Part shown: positions 8,540-17,895 of the stretch, piece after piece
How positions within the stretch are numbered: the stretch's first letter is position 1
How the letters are laid out: each line of letters opens with the position of its first letter
Source: Vulcanimicrobiota bacterium
Lineage (GTDB): Bacteria > Vulcanimicrobiota > Xenobia > Xenobiales > JADMJV01
DNA: 64,000 nucleotides
NCBI GenBank assembly: GCA_050250895.1
Contig: JBFWNU010000005.1
Coordinates: 416,001 to 480,000 of the forward strand
Direction: 5' to 3'
Program-made: the position numbers and the translations under genes
The notes under the pieces: generated by a model
Database searches by the model: none
The model's input: the letters and a program-made list of their open reading frames with translations, nothing else
What the model was told of the DNA's origin: nothing

Positions 8540-9764
8540 ACCGATCGAGCTGGTGATCTGCGGGGCCGGCAGTCGCGGCCTCGAGATCTACGCCGACTAT
8601 GCTCGTCGCTACCCGGACCGGGCTCGGGTGGTGGCCGTGGCCGAGCCGCAACCCAGCCGGCGCGAGTTGGCCCGCCAACGCCTGGGGCTCTCGCGGGACC
8701 AGCTCTTTGGCGACTGGCGCGAGGTGTTGGCCCAGCCCCGGCTGGGCCAGGCGGCGGTAGTGGCCACTCAGGACCAGCATCACACCGAACCGGCGATCGC
8801 TTTAATGCGAGCGGGCTATGACGTGCTGCTGGAGAAACCGATGGCCACCAACGAAGAGGACTGCCGCCGCATCGTCGAGGCCTCGGAAGCGAGCGGTCAG
8901 TTGCTGGCCGTGTGCCATGTGCTACGCTACTCGCCCTACTTTTGCGAGCTCAAGCGCTTCATCGAGTCGGGGGCGCTGGGAGAGTTGGCCTCGATTCGGC
9001 ACTTCGAGCCGGTCAACTTCTGGCACTTCGCCCACTCGTTCGTGCGCGGCAACTGGCGCCGGTCGGATCAATCCTCGCCTTTCATCCTGGCCAAGTGCTG
9101 CCACGACATGGACATCATGCTGTATCTGCTGGGCCGGTCCTGCACCCGCCTTACCAGCTTTGGCCGCCTGGCCCACTTTCGCAGTCAGTGCCGACCGGCC
9201 GAGGCTACCGACCGCTGCCTGGACTGCCCGGTCAGCCAGTGTCCCTACTCGGCCTCGCGTTTCTATTTCGGCGAACTCGAGCGGGGCAATCTGGGCTGGC
9301 CCCTCGATGTGATTACCGAGGACTTTAGCCATTCGGGGGTCGAGAAGGCTCTGCGCGAGGGCCCTTACGGCCGCTGCGTCTATGACTGCGACAACGACGT
9401 GGTCGATCACCAGGTGGTCTGCCTCGAGTTTGAAGGAGGGGTGACGGCTACCTTCACGGCGGCCGCCTTCACCGACCATCGCGAGCGCGAGACCGAGGTG
9501 ATGGGCAGCCACGGCTGCCTGCGGGGCGACGGTCGCTGGCTGACCTATGACGATTTCACGACGCGCCAGCAAAAGCGCTGGGAAGTCAAGTTCGAGGGGC
9601 ACCACCTGGGAGGCGACGACGCGATGATGAACGAGTTCGTAGCCGCCGTACAAGAAAGAAACCCGTCCAGAATCCGGACGGGTGCACGCGTTTCGCTAGA
9701 ATCTCATTTGCTGGCCTTTGCGGCCGAGCGGTCCCGCCTCAACGGGACGGTCGAGAGATTCTAA
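8532..9764 (+). CDS. Gfo/Idh/MocA family oxidoreductase
   Basis: GAGSRG Rossmann motif, LLEKPMA, CHVLRY, HSFVRGNW, AKCCHDMD. Confidence 0.93.
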   Translation: MSKPIELVICGAGSRGLEIYADYARRYPDRARVVAVAEPQPSRRELARQRLGLSRDQLFGDWREVLAQPRLGQAAVVATQDQHHTEPAIALMRAGYDVLLEKPMATNEEDCRRIVEASEASGQLLAVCHVLRYSPYFCELKRFIESGALGELASIRHFEPVNFWHFAHSFVRGNWRRSDQSSPFILAKCCHDMDIMLYLLGRSCTRLTSFGRLAHFRSQCRPAEATDRCLDCPVSQCPYSASRFYFGELERGNLGWPLDVITEDFSHSGVEKALREGPYGRCVYDCDNDVVDHQVVCLEFEGGVTATFTAAAFTDHRERETEVMGSHGCLRGDGRWLTYDDFTTRQQKRWEVKFEGHHLGGDDAMMNEFVAAVQERNPSRIRTGARVSLESHLLAFAAERSRLNGTVERF

Positions 9765-10027
9765 CGAGAAGCCGTCTTGTTGCACTTGGCGCAGTCGGTC
9801 TTGGCGCTGAACCAACCGCAATCGCCGCATTCGGCGTTAGCCTGGCTCTTTTGCTCGGCGCAGCAGCCCTGGTCGGCTTTTTTGGCCTGTTTGTCGGCGC
9901 AGCAAGGCTTTTCGGCAGCCTGCGAGACCTGGGTCTTGTTGGCGCAACAGCTTTCGTTCTTGGCTTGTGACCAGACCGGCGAATAAAGGGCGGCAGCGAT
10001 GAGAGCCGCAGCTAAAATCTTACGCAT
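9761..10027 (-). CDS. Small secreted Cys-rich protein (3x CC plus 2x CxxC)
   Basis: AGGAGG RBS, signal peptide, 10 Cys in about 65 mature residues. Confidence 0.78.
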   Translation of the reverse strand: MRKILAAALIAAALYSPVWSQAKNESCCANKTQVSQAAEKPCCADKQAKKADQGCCAEQKSQANAECGDCGWFSAKTDCAKCNKTASR

Positions 10028-10122
10028 TTCAATCCTCCTAGAGATATCCTCTCATTCCCACATCGGGGCCTCGAAAACCTGCCAGGCAGGGTGCTGGGGT
10101 CCTAGCGAGAAGCTCCAATCTC

Positions 10123-11859
10123 GTGTCCCCCCAAAAGGTCCTAAGGCTCTGCTTGCTCGGGTTGCTGTTGCTCGGGTCGGCCCAGGCAGAAGAAGGCCTC
10201 TGGCCACCGGGTCTCTTTCCCGAGCCGATGAGCGCCAGCCTGCAACGCCGGGTGATGCAAGCCAGCGTCAGGCTCGGTCACGGGGGGTCGGGAGGACTGG
10301 TCTCGCCCCGCGGCCTGGTCGTGACCAACTATCACCTGGTGCAACCTTATCTCACCCCGCTTTCGGTCGAGCAGCATGGCTTTCTGGCCGGCGCTATCGA
10401 AGAAGAACTGGTCTTGCCCGGCCTGAGCGTGGAGTTGCTCGACTCTTATCAAGACGTCACCGCCGAGGTGAAGGGGGCGGTGGAACAGGGCCGGAGCCTG
10501 GCCGAACTCGAGTCCGGCTACCAGAGCCCCGACCTCAGGTGCCAACTGGTCCCACTGTATGGAGGCGTTTACTACCATCTGTATCGCTATCGGGTCTATT
10601 CCGACGTGCGGTTGGTCATGGTTCCCGAGCAAGAACTCGCTCTTTTCGGGGGGCAGCAGGACAACTTCGTCTTTCCCCGGGCTTGCCTCGACATCGCCTT
10701 CTTGCGGGTCTATGACCAGGGGCAGCCGCTCTCGAACGCCGAGTTCTTTCCCTGGCGGCGCCAGGGGGCCAGGCCCGGCCACTGGCTTTGGGTAGCCGGC
10801 AGCCCGGTCGAGACCTGGCGTGAGTTGACGGTGGCTCATCTTCAGTATTACCGTGAGCGGCGCCTGCCTTTGCGTCAGGCCTGGCTAGAAGGTCAAGCCG
10901 CGGCTCTGGCCGAGTATGCCAGACTCTATCCAGACCGAGCGGCCGCGACGGCCCCCACGGCCGCCCTCATCGACAACTCTCTGGTCGCCGTGCGGGCCAA
11001 GCTGCAGCTTCTTTCTGAACCTGCTCTGATGGCTGACAAAGAGGTGGAGGAGTCGCTGGTTCGCCAGCCCGGTCCCTGGAGTGTGGTGGGCCAGAGTCTG
11101 GAACGGTTCAGCGGCTTTGACCGGGCCTATGAGTTGCTGGTCGAAGGGGCGGCCTTTCCGCGGGCTTTTCTGGAGGCCGATGATCCCGAGTTGCGACGAC
11201 TGCGGCTCGAGGCCAGTTTGGCCTTGATTCCCCGCTTTTTGGGGCCGGACCCGGCCGTCGAGTTGTGCCTGGGAGGCCGCAGTCCCGAACAGTTAGCTGC
11301 CGAGTTGAGCCAGTCGCCGCAAGGCTTGGAAGAGCTGCGCGGACGGTTGGCCGAGCTTCGCCAGCAGCTGAGCGAGCGCTACCGGCGCGAGGTGGGCGAG
11401 CCCCTGCGGCGGGCCTATCTCGAGATTGGGGAGGCCCGCATGGCCGCCCGCATGCGGGCTCCCGACGCCACCGGCACCTTGCGAGTGTCGGTGGGCAAGA
11501 TGTTGTGGGGACATACCACGCTGGGGGACCTCTATCGCAAGCGCCGCCAAGCCCGCGGGGCTTTCCCCTTCGAGCTACCCTCGGGCTGGCTGGAAGCCCC
11601 CGGGCTGCATCTCGATATTCCCCTCAACTTCGTCTGCGGAGCCGATAGCAGCAACGGCAGCTCCGGCAGTCCGGTGCTCGATTCGGAAGGTCGTCTGGTC
11701 GGCATTCACTTTGACCGCGACCGCCCCGGGCTGGCCGGCGACTTTCTCTATGAGCGCGAGCGAGCCCGCAACATCTGCGTTCATCCAGCCGCCGTCATCG
11801 AGGCCCTCGAGGTGATTTACGGCGGCGACAGCCTGGTGCGCGAACTCGAGGGCGTCTAG
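10123..11859 (+). CDS. S46 family dipeptidyl peptidase
   Basis: Signal peptide followed by EEGLWPP; VSPRGLVVTNYH, DIAFLRVY, PDATGTLRVS, GSSGSPV. Confidence 0.88.
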   Translation: MSPQKVLRLCLLGLLLLGSAQAEEGLWPPGLFPEPMSASLQRRVMQASVRLGHGGSGGLVSPRGLVVTNYHLVQPYLTPLSVEQHGFLAGAIEEELVLPGLSVELLDSYQDVTAEVKGAVEQGRSLAELESGYQSPDLRCQLVPLYGGVYYHLYRYRVYSDVRLVMVPEQELALFGGQQDNFVFPRACLDIAFLRVYDQGQPLSNAEFFPWRRQGARPGHWLWVAGSPVETWRELTVAHLQYYRERRLPLRQAWLEGQAAALAEYARLYPDRAAATAPTAALIDNSLVAVRAKLQLLSEPALMADKEVEESLVRQPGPWSVVGQSLERFSGFDRAYELLVEGAAFPRAFLEADDPELRRLRLEASLALIPRFLGPDPAVELCLGGRSPEQLAAELSQSPQGLEELRGRLAELRQQLSERYRREVGEPLRRAYLEIGEARMAARMRAPDATGTLRVSVGKMLWGHTTLGDLYRKRRQARGAFPFELPSGWLEAPGLHLDIPLNFVCGADSSNGSSGSPVLDSEGRLVGIHFDRDRPGLAGDFLYERERARNICVHPAAVIEALEVIYGGDSLVRELEGV

Positions 11860-12875
11860 GAAAACTTGGAGAGATAGTTGTAGAAGAAGCTCGAGCCGGT
11901 GTCTTCGATGAGTTCCATGTCGGGTGAGCTGTTGAAGACCTTGTGGGATAGGAAGGTCTTGCCGAGCAGCTTATGGGGCTTTAGCTCGATCTGGGGAGCC
12001 GCCCTCGAGATGGTGGTGTGCACCAGTTCGACGCAGCCGAACGCGCTGTCGTCGGCGAGATTGAAGGTAGCGTCGTAACCCTTGCCCACATGGCGATTGG
12101 CCTCGGCGGCCGCCTTTTCGGCCTGGCCAGGCTGATAGGCGGGTCGAAGGATGCGAGCGTGGTGGTTCTCGGCCAGCAGTTCGTCGACCGGGCGCTTGAG
12201 CACGCCGTCGCCCCACAGAGCCTCGACCACCTGGCCGTCGCCGACATAGAGAGCGGTGTGGCTCCAGCCACCCCCGATGCCCAGCAATACCTCGGGAATC
12301 TCGAGATCCAACCACTTATCATGGTTGGTGATGACGATGTCGCCGGGTTGAAGATTGGCTTTGAAGTGATCGATCTGCTGGGGCGAAAGGGTGGGGTGGG
12401 AAGTATAGCTGACATCGGATAGACGCTTGAACAGCTTGCCATACGAGAAGCCTTTGGTCTCTTGACGTAGCCGGTCTGAAGTGATGTCGATGTTGAGCTT
12501 GTCGAGCACCGTCCCCAGGGTAACGCCGACAAAACCTCCGGCCATCCCGCCGACCACGCGACCCAGCGGCACCACTCCCTCGAACTTGCGGTTGCGAAAT
12601 TCGGTCAGCAGGCCGACGGCCAGACCGGCGGCGCCCCCGATCAGCGTGCCGGCCGGCCCGAGAGTCGAGCCGACGCCGGCTCCGAAGCTAGTGGCCAGGG
12701 TGGGCACGGCCAATCGTCCGGCCAGGGCTCCAAAGCCCGCCAGCACGGTGCCCAGGGCTTTGCTCGAAGGACTAAAGACCCGCTCTTCGAGAGTCGGCTC
12801 GGCGGGCGCAGGCGTAGGAACCTTGCCGGACGCGCTGCGGCTGGGCAAGGCCCCGGGTGAGGGTGAGATTTTCAT
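11856..12875 (-). CDS. Permuted papain-like NlpC/P60 amidase (YiiX/YaeF, C92 type) with an N-terminal Gly-rich hydrophobic segment
   Basis: LQPGDIVI, WSHTALYVGDGQVVEA, GKGYD..F, FGCVELV (His precedes Cys). Confidence 0.85.
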   Translation of the reverse strand: MKISPSPGALPSRSASGKVPTPAPAEPTLEERVFSPSSKALGTVLAGFGALAGRLAVPTLATSFGAGVGSTLGPAGTLIGGAAGLAVGLLTEFRNRKFEGVVPLGRVVGGMAGGFVGVTLGTVLDKLNIDITSDRLRQETKGFSYGKLFKRLSDVSYTSHPTLSPQQIDHFKANLQPGDIVITNHDKWLDLEIPEVLLGIGGGWSHTALYVGDGQVVEALWGDGVLKRPVDELLAENHHARILRPAYQPGQAEKAAAEANRHVGKGYDATFNLADDSAFGCVELVHTTISRAAPQIELKPHKLLGKTFLSHKVFNSSPDMELIEDTGSSFFYNYLSKFS

Positions 12876-12964
12876 TGGTGCTACCTTTCCACGGTTAATC
12901 TAGCTCGATGGTCTGAAAGAATCGTGACAGGGAGCCTTGCCTGAGTAGCCAATAGAGGAGCCCC

Positions 12965-14320
12965 ATGACGAAGGTTGTTCTGGTGGGCGCCGGCAGCGCC
13001 CAGTTCGGCTATGGAACCCTGGGCGAAATTTTCGCCAGCGAGGCTTTGCGCGACTGCGAGCTGGTCTTGCATGACATCAACGGTCTGGCCCTCGAGCGGG
13101 TGCGCAAGGCGGGTCAGGACTTTATCGAGGCCCACAACCTGCCGTGCCGGCTGACGGCCACCCTCGAGCGGACCGAAGCGCTCCAAGGTGCCGACTTCGT
13201 GGTCATCTCGATCGAAGTGGGGGACCGCTTCGCCCTCTGGGATCAAGATCGCACCATCGCCCAGCAATACGGCATCCGTCAGGTCTTTGGCGAGAACGGC
13301 GGGCCGGGCGGGCTGTTTCACTCGCTGCGTATCATTCCGCCCATTCTGGCCATCTGTGAAGACGTGGCCCGTCTGTGCCCCCAGGCGTACGTCTTCAACT
13401 ATAGCAACCCGATGAGTCGCATTTGCACCACCGTCCATCGGCACCTGCCCGAGGTTCGCCTGGTGGGTTTGTGCCACGAGGTGGCCTCGCTCGAGCGTTA
13501 TATCCCGCCGATGCTGGGAGTGCCTTACGAGCAACTCTCGCTGCGGGCGGCCGGGCTCAATCACTTCAGCTGCCTGCTTACGGCCCGCTATGCCGACGGC
13601 CGCGACGCCTATCCCGACATTCGGGCCAGGGCTCACCAGTTCTTCGCCGAGGTGCCGGGCAGCAGTGACTATTTCCAGCATTACCTCGACACGGGTTACA
13701 CGGTCGACACCGAAGGGGCCCGCAGTCTGGACGAGGCGGTGGTCAAGGCCGCCCGCCAGTGGACCGAGCGCACCCTGTTTCGGTTCGTGCTCGACCATTT
13801 CGATCTGCTGCCCATCACCAGCGACAGCCACTTTGGCGAGTATCTCGGCTGGGCCTGGGAGGTGGTCGACCACCAGGGGATTCTCGACTTCTATCGCTAC
13901 TATCAGCTCTTTCTAGCCCAGGTCGAGCCTAAGATCGAGCTTTCGGTCAAGGAGCGGCTGGTACCCATCATCGAGGGCATCCTCACCAATCAGAGCTTCG
14001 AAGAGCCGGCCGTCAACGTGCCCAATCGGGGTTACCTCAAAGAGCTGCCCGAATGGCTCGCGGTCGAGGTTCCGGCCATCATCGACGCCAGGGGAGTGAC
14101 CGGCGTGAGTCTGGACGAGCTACCCAGGGCCTATGCCGGTTTGCTGCAAAACCAGGTCGCCGTGCACCAGATGACCGCCGAAGCAGTGCTGACCCGCTCA
14201 CGCAAAGCCGCCGTCCAGGCGCTACTGGTCGATCCCGTGGTGGACCGGGCCGTGTGCGCCCGCGAACTGGTCGAGGTGATGTGCAACCTGCAAGGCCCGT
14301 TTCTGGGCTATCTGCAGTAA
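12965..14320 (+). CDS. Family 4 glycoside hydrolase (NAD+/Mn-dependent, alpha-galactosidase/glucosidase-like)
   Basis: GAGSAQFG, ALQGADFV, GENGGPGG, NYSNPM, GLCHE, AGLNHF. Confidence 0.93.
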   Translation: MTKVVLVGAGSAQFGYGTLGEIFASEALRDCELVLHDINGLALERVRKAGQDFIEAHNLPCRLTATLERTEALQGADFVVISIEVGDRFALWDQDRTIAQQYGIRQVFGENGGPGGLFHSLRIIPPILAICEDVARLCPQAYVFNYSNPMSRICTTVHRHLPEVRLVGLCHEVASLERYIPPMLGVPYEQLSLRAAGLNHFSCLLTARYADGRDAYPDIRARAHQFFAEVPGSSDYFQHYLDTGYTVDTEGARSLDEAVVKAARQWTERTLFRFVLDHFDLLPITSDSHFGEYLGWAWEVVDHQGILDFYRYYQLFLAQVEPKIELSVKERLVPIIEGILTNQSFEEPAVNVPNRGYLKELPEWLAVEVPAIIDARGVTGVSLDELPRAYAGLLQNQVAVHQMTAEAVLTRSRKAAVQALLVDPVVDRAVCARELVEVMCNLQGPFLGYLQ

Positions 14321-14707
14321 CTAACGGTGTTTGCCCTTGCCTTTGGCCTCGACCTTCTGCTTGACTTTGCCCGGGGCCGTGCCGGTCAGTCCGGGTGGAC
14401 CGCCGTGAGGGTGATCGGGGTGGTATTTCACGTGCCAGGCGTAAGGGTCTTCGATGCGGATGACCTGGGGTAGGTATTCGGGAGCCACGATCACCTGGAC
14501 GGGGTTGTCGAGTTGCAGCTGAGAATAGGTGACGCGGGCGCCGCCCATCTCGAAAGTGGCGATGCTCGAGGGTACCAGATAGCTGCCCTGGGGGCCGCTC
14601 ACCATGACGCCTTCAGGGTAGAGGCCGTAGACATTGCCGCTGAAAGGGTCAGCCCCCGCCGCCGCTGCCAGGCCTAGAATGGCCAGACAGGTAAGAATCG
14701 TGCGCAT
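14321..14707 (-). CDS. Secreted hypothetical protein, last gene of the pilin operon
   Basis: AGGAGG RBS, signal peptide, HPHGGPPGL and a basic tail. Confidence 0.75.
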   Translation of the reverse strand: MRTILTCLAILGLAAAAGADPFSGNVYGLYPEGVMVSGPQGSYLVPSSIATFEMGGARVTYSQLQLDNPVQVIVAPEYLPQVIRIEDPYAWHVKYHPDHPHGGPPGLTGTAPGKVKQKVEAKGKGKHR

Positions 14708-14717
14708 AAGCTCCTCC

Positions 14718-15941
14718 TTAGAGATTGTTGAGCAGTTGGATCATCGGCAGAAAGGAGGCCACCGTGATGAAACCCACGATCGTGCCCATCACTGCCATGA
14801 TCAAAGGCTCGATCAAAGACGACAGGACCTCGAGTTGGTGGTCCACCTGGGCTTCGTACATGGCCCCCACCTTACCCAGCATCCGGTCGAGGGTACCGGT
14901 TTCTTCGCCCACTTTGACCATTTGTAGGGCCATCGGGTTGAAGGCGTCGTACTTCTGCAGGGCGGTGTAGATGCCTGCGCCGTTGAGCAGTTCCTCGCGG
15001 GCCCACTTGAGCTTGGAAGCAAGCACAGCGTTCGAGGCCACCCGCTGCACCGTGCCCAACACCTCGGCCAACGACACGCCAGCGTCCAGCATCGTCGACA
15101 TGGTGAACAAGACCCGGGCTTGAGCGCTCAGCTCGAGCAAAGGACCAAGGACCGGAATCTTGATGACCCAGTGGTCGATCTGATAGCGCAGGTGAGGAGC
15201 GTTGTCGAGGTTCTGATAGATCTTGTGCAGGGCGAAAAAGCCGAAGGCCATACAGCCGAAGATCGGAACGCCCACTGCCGGCTTGGCCGCCATGGTGGCG
15301 ATCCAGACCAGCAGTCGCGTGGGCCAGGGCAGGGACACCCCCAGGTCGGTAAAGACCGGAACCATCATGGGGATGATGTAGAAGGTGAACAGCAACAGCA
15401 CGCCCACGCAGACCACCGCGATCACGGCCGGATAGGCCATGGTCGACTGGACCTTCTTCTGCATTCGCACCGTCTTCTCGAGCAGGTCGGCCAGTCGCCT
15501 GAGGGTGGAGTCGAGCGTTCCCGAGTCCTCACCGGCCTTCGAGAGCGCCACGAAGACATCGCCGAAGGTCTTGCGATAGGTGTCAAAGGCCTGCGATACC
15601 GAGGCCCCTTCTTCGATTTCGTTGGCGACGTTGTTCATCACCACGTTAAGCCGGACGTCTTCGCCCTGGCTGCAAAAGCGAACAGCTCGATTGACCGAGA
15701 TACCGGCGTTGACCATGGTGGCCATCTGGCGACAATAGACGGCCAGGTTGTCCTTTTTCACTCGCGGGGCGACCTGAAGGCCGAGCCCGGACGCGCCGCG
15801 CTCGCGCTTTTCTTCCACCAACAGCACCCGTTTATGGACCTCCATGAGCCGCTGGGTGACCCACTCGGCGCTCGGCCCGCGCATGCTGCCATGGATGAAT
15901 TCATCCTCGCAGTCGATGGCTTTGAAGACGTACAGTCCCAT
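14718..15941 (-). CDS. pilC: Type IV pilus/T2SS inner-membrane platform protein (PilC/GspF family)
   Basis: RQMATMVNAG, AGEDSGTLD, MAYP, KVGEETGTLD, LIEP, FLPM; ATG 15941 with GGAGG RBS. Confidence 0.92.
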   Translation of the reverse strand: MGLYVFKAIDCEDEFIHGSMRGPSAEWVTQRLMEVHKRVLLVEEKRERGASGLGLQVAPRVKKDNLAVYCRQMATMVNAGISVNRAVRFCSQGEDVRLNVVMNNVANEIEEGASVSQAFDTYRKTFGDVFVALSKAGEDSGTLDSTLRRLADLLEKTVRMQKKVQSTMAYPAVIAVVCVGVLLLFTFYIIPMMVPVFTDLGVSLPWPTRLLVWIATMAAKPAVGVPIFGCMAFGFFALHKIYQNLDNAPHLRYQIDHWVIKIPVLGPLLELSAQARVLFTMSTMLDAGVSLAEVLGTVQRVASNAVLASKLKWAREELLNGAGIYTALQKYDAFNPMALQMVKVGEETGTLDRMLGKVGAMYEAQVDHQLEVLSSLIEPLIMAVMGTIVGFITVASFLPMIQLLNNL

Positions 15942-15949
15942 TTCCCCTC

Positions 15950-17893
15950 CTAGTAGGCTACCGGCTGTTCCACATAGGCCCTGAGCCGAGGATGGCCAGT
16001 GCCCAACGTGGGCCAATAGGGCAGATCGTTGTTGGGATCCAGCGCCAATTGCCCGAACTGGCTAAGGTTCCACATCTCGGTGTTGAGTTGGCCAGGGGTG
16101 GACTCGACGCCATGCACCAGGCTACCGATCAGGTTGAACGTGCCGCCGTTGGGAATGTCGAGGCCCGGCCCGCCCGGGTTGGTGGGATTGCTCAGCAGCT
16201 TCTTGTCCATGCCGAGTAGGTGCGAATAGACGTAGTAATTGTTGTCGAAGGTGGTGTTGGTGATCGAAAGGGCAAGTTCTCCTTTGTAGGGCGCGCTGCC
16301 GATGCCCGCCACGTTTTGGGGGTCTCCGGCCAGCAGGCCCAGCACGTCGGACTCGTCGGTTTCTACCGGCTGTTGGCCGCGCGCCGTATCACTCTTGAGA
16401 ATCTCGCCCGTGATCGCGATCGAGCCGGCGGCGGCGATGGTCTTACGACCTTTGGCCGTGCCGGAGATGGAGTCGATGTCACCGTTGACGAGGATGGTAA
16501 AGCTCGCGTCGTTGGGGTCCACATTGTGGGTCTGCAGAACGTTGCCGGCCGCGTCGCTGACGACCAGTTTGCCAGAGTTAAAAGTCTGGCCGCCGATCTG
16601 AGTGCCGTTCTCGGTCACCAGCGTGATGCACACCATCGCGCCGTTGCCCCCGTTACCGCCGTTGCCCCCGTTACCGCCGTTGCCCCCGTTACCGCCGTTG
16701 CCTCCGTTACCGCCATTGGCTCCGTTGCCGCCATTGCCTCCACTATTACCATTGCCGCGCGCGGCCAGCAGCATGCGGTTATGGCGGCGCGGAATCAGGT
16801 TGTCCCGGTCGCGAACGTAGAGAGTGTCCTGGCTGGCCAGCACACGAGCTGGACCCACCATCGAGAGGGGGCCGTCCAGGGTCAGTTTGAGGGTCTGGTT
16901 GCCGCCCACAGGTGCGCCGCTGCTGGGATGAACGGGCAGACCAAAAGAGGGCGACGCCGAGTTGGTGTCGGTCACCAGAGGAGTACCATCGGGAGCCGTG
17001 ATCACCAATTTGAAGTCGGTGACCCCGCTGTCGATGAAGATGCCGCCGGTGGTGTTGGTGCCGTTGTCGGGAATCGTAATCGTTCCACTGGGCACGGTGG
17101 CGCCCAGCACGTCGTTTTTGATCTCGGTAAAGACGGCGTCGACATCATCAAGATTCTGCACCGGGTAGTTCGAGACAATCCCGTTGGAGCCGTCACGGTA
17201 GACGCTTTCGTACTGAGACTCGTTGACGGTGGCCGGATTGCCCGCGTAAGGGGCTCCTCCGCCCAGATACTTGTCTCCCTTTGGGCTGCCCGATTCGGCC
17301 TGGGTGGCGTAGACGACACCCTGAAGGGGAGCGTTGGCGGGACTACCGCTGAAGTTGTGGCTGCTGCTGTCCATCTTCCAGATGCCATTGAAATAGACAT
17401 CGCCCGAGATGGGCACATCGAGGGGCCAGGCCGTATTAGGGTTGCCGCTTCCGCCGCCCTGAAATCCCTCGAAGTAGAAGGCATAGTCCAGCAACGCGTT
17501 GGTCATCTCCAGCACGGCCACCACCCGGCGCCGGGCCTGGCCACGCAGCACGCCCTCGGAGGTGATCCGGAAGGTTCCCGAGGCCAGGGGCTCGACTTTG
17601 GTGATCTGCCAGCTCCACTCGTTGTCGAGGGCACCAGATTGGCCCACCAGGCCAGCGGGCGGGTTGCCATCGGCCAGCCATTTCGAGGCTTCCACGATAC
17701 CGGCGTCGGCCGCGTAGGAGCCGCGCGTGGCGATCCCTTCTCGGAGCGCCGAGTGGAGTTCGGTGGGCACTAACTTGATGACCGCCAGGGCCAACAGATT
17801 CAAGACGATCAGAAAAAAGATGGTCAGGATCAACACGCTGCCGCGGCGATTGGGTGTTTCTCGATAGCTTGCCTTCATCATGTTTCCTCGCAT
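15950..17893 (-). CDS. PilX-like minor pilin/adhesin with a large beta-rich C-terminal domain and a GGN repeat
   Basis: RRGSVLILTIFFLIVL prepilin-like N-terminus lacking E5, A.YAADAG motif. Confidence 0.8.
   Translation of the reverse strand: MRGNMMKASYRETPNRRGSVLILTIFFLIVLNLLALAVIKLVPTELHSALREGIATRGSYAADAGIVEASKWLADGNPPAGLVGQSGALDNEWSWQITKVEPLASGTFRITSEGVLRGQARRRVVAVLEMTNALLDYAFYFEGFQGGGSGNPNTAWPLDVPISGDVYFNGIWKMDSSSHNFSGSPANAPLQGVVYATQAESGSPKGDKYLGGGAPYAGNPATVNESQYESVYRDGSNGIVSNYPVQNLDDVDAVFTEIKNDVLGATVPSGTITIPDNGTNTTGGIFIDSGVTDFKLVITAPDGTPLVTDTNSASPSFGLPVHPSSGAPVGGNQTLKLTLDGPLSMVGPARVLASQDTLYVRDRDNLIPRRHNRMLLAARGNGNSGGNGGNGANGGNGGNGGNGGNGGNGGNGGNGGNGAMVCITLVTENGTQIGGQTFNSGKLVVSDAAGNVLQTHNVDPNDASFTILVNGDIDSISGTAKGRKTIAAAGSIAITGEILKSDTARGQQPVETDESDVLGLLAGDPQNVAGIGSAPYKGELALSITNTTFDNNYYVYSHLLGMDKKLLSNPTNPGGPGLDIPNGGTFNLIGSLVHGVESTPGQLNTEMWNLSQFGQLALDPNNDLPYWPTLGTGHPRLRAYVEQPVAY
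16643..16741 (-). repeat. In-frame 9/18-bp repeat encoding about 11 G-G/A-N units
   Basis: GTTGCCCCCGTTACCGCC x3 perfect plus degenerate 9-mers. Confidence 0.92.
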
Positions 17894-17895
17894 TC

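Noticed and set aside
16220-17773. 517-aa plus-strand ORF with VAPVTA repeats
   Set aside because: Codon-aligned antisense shadow of the PilX-like gene
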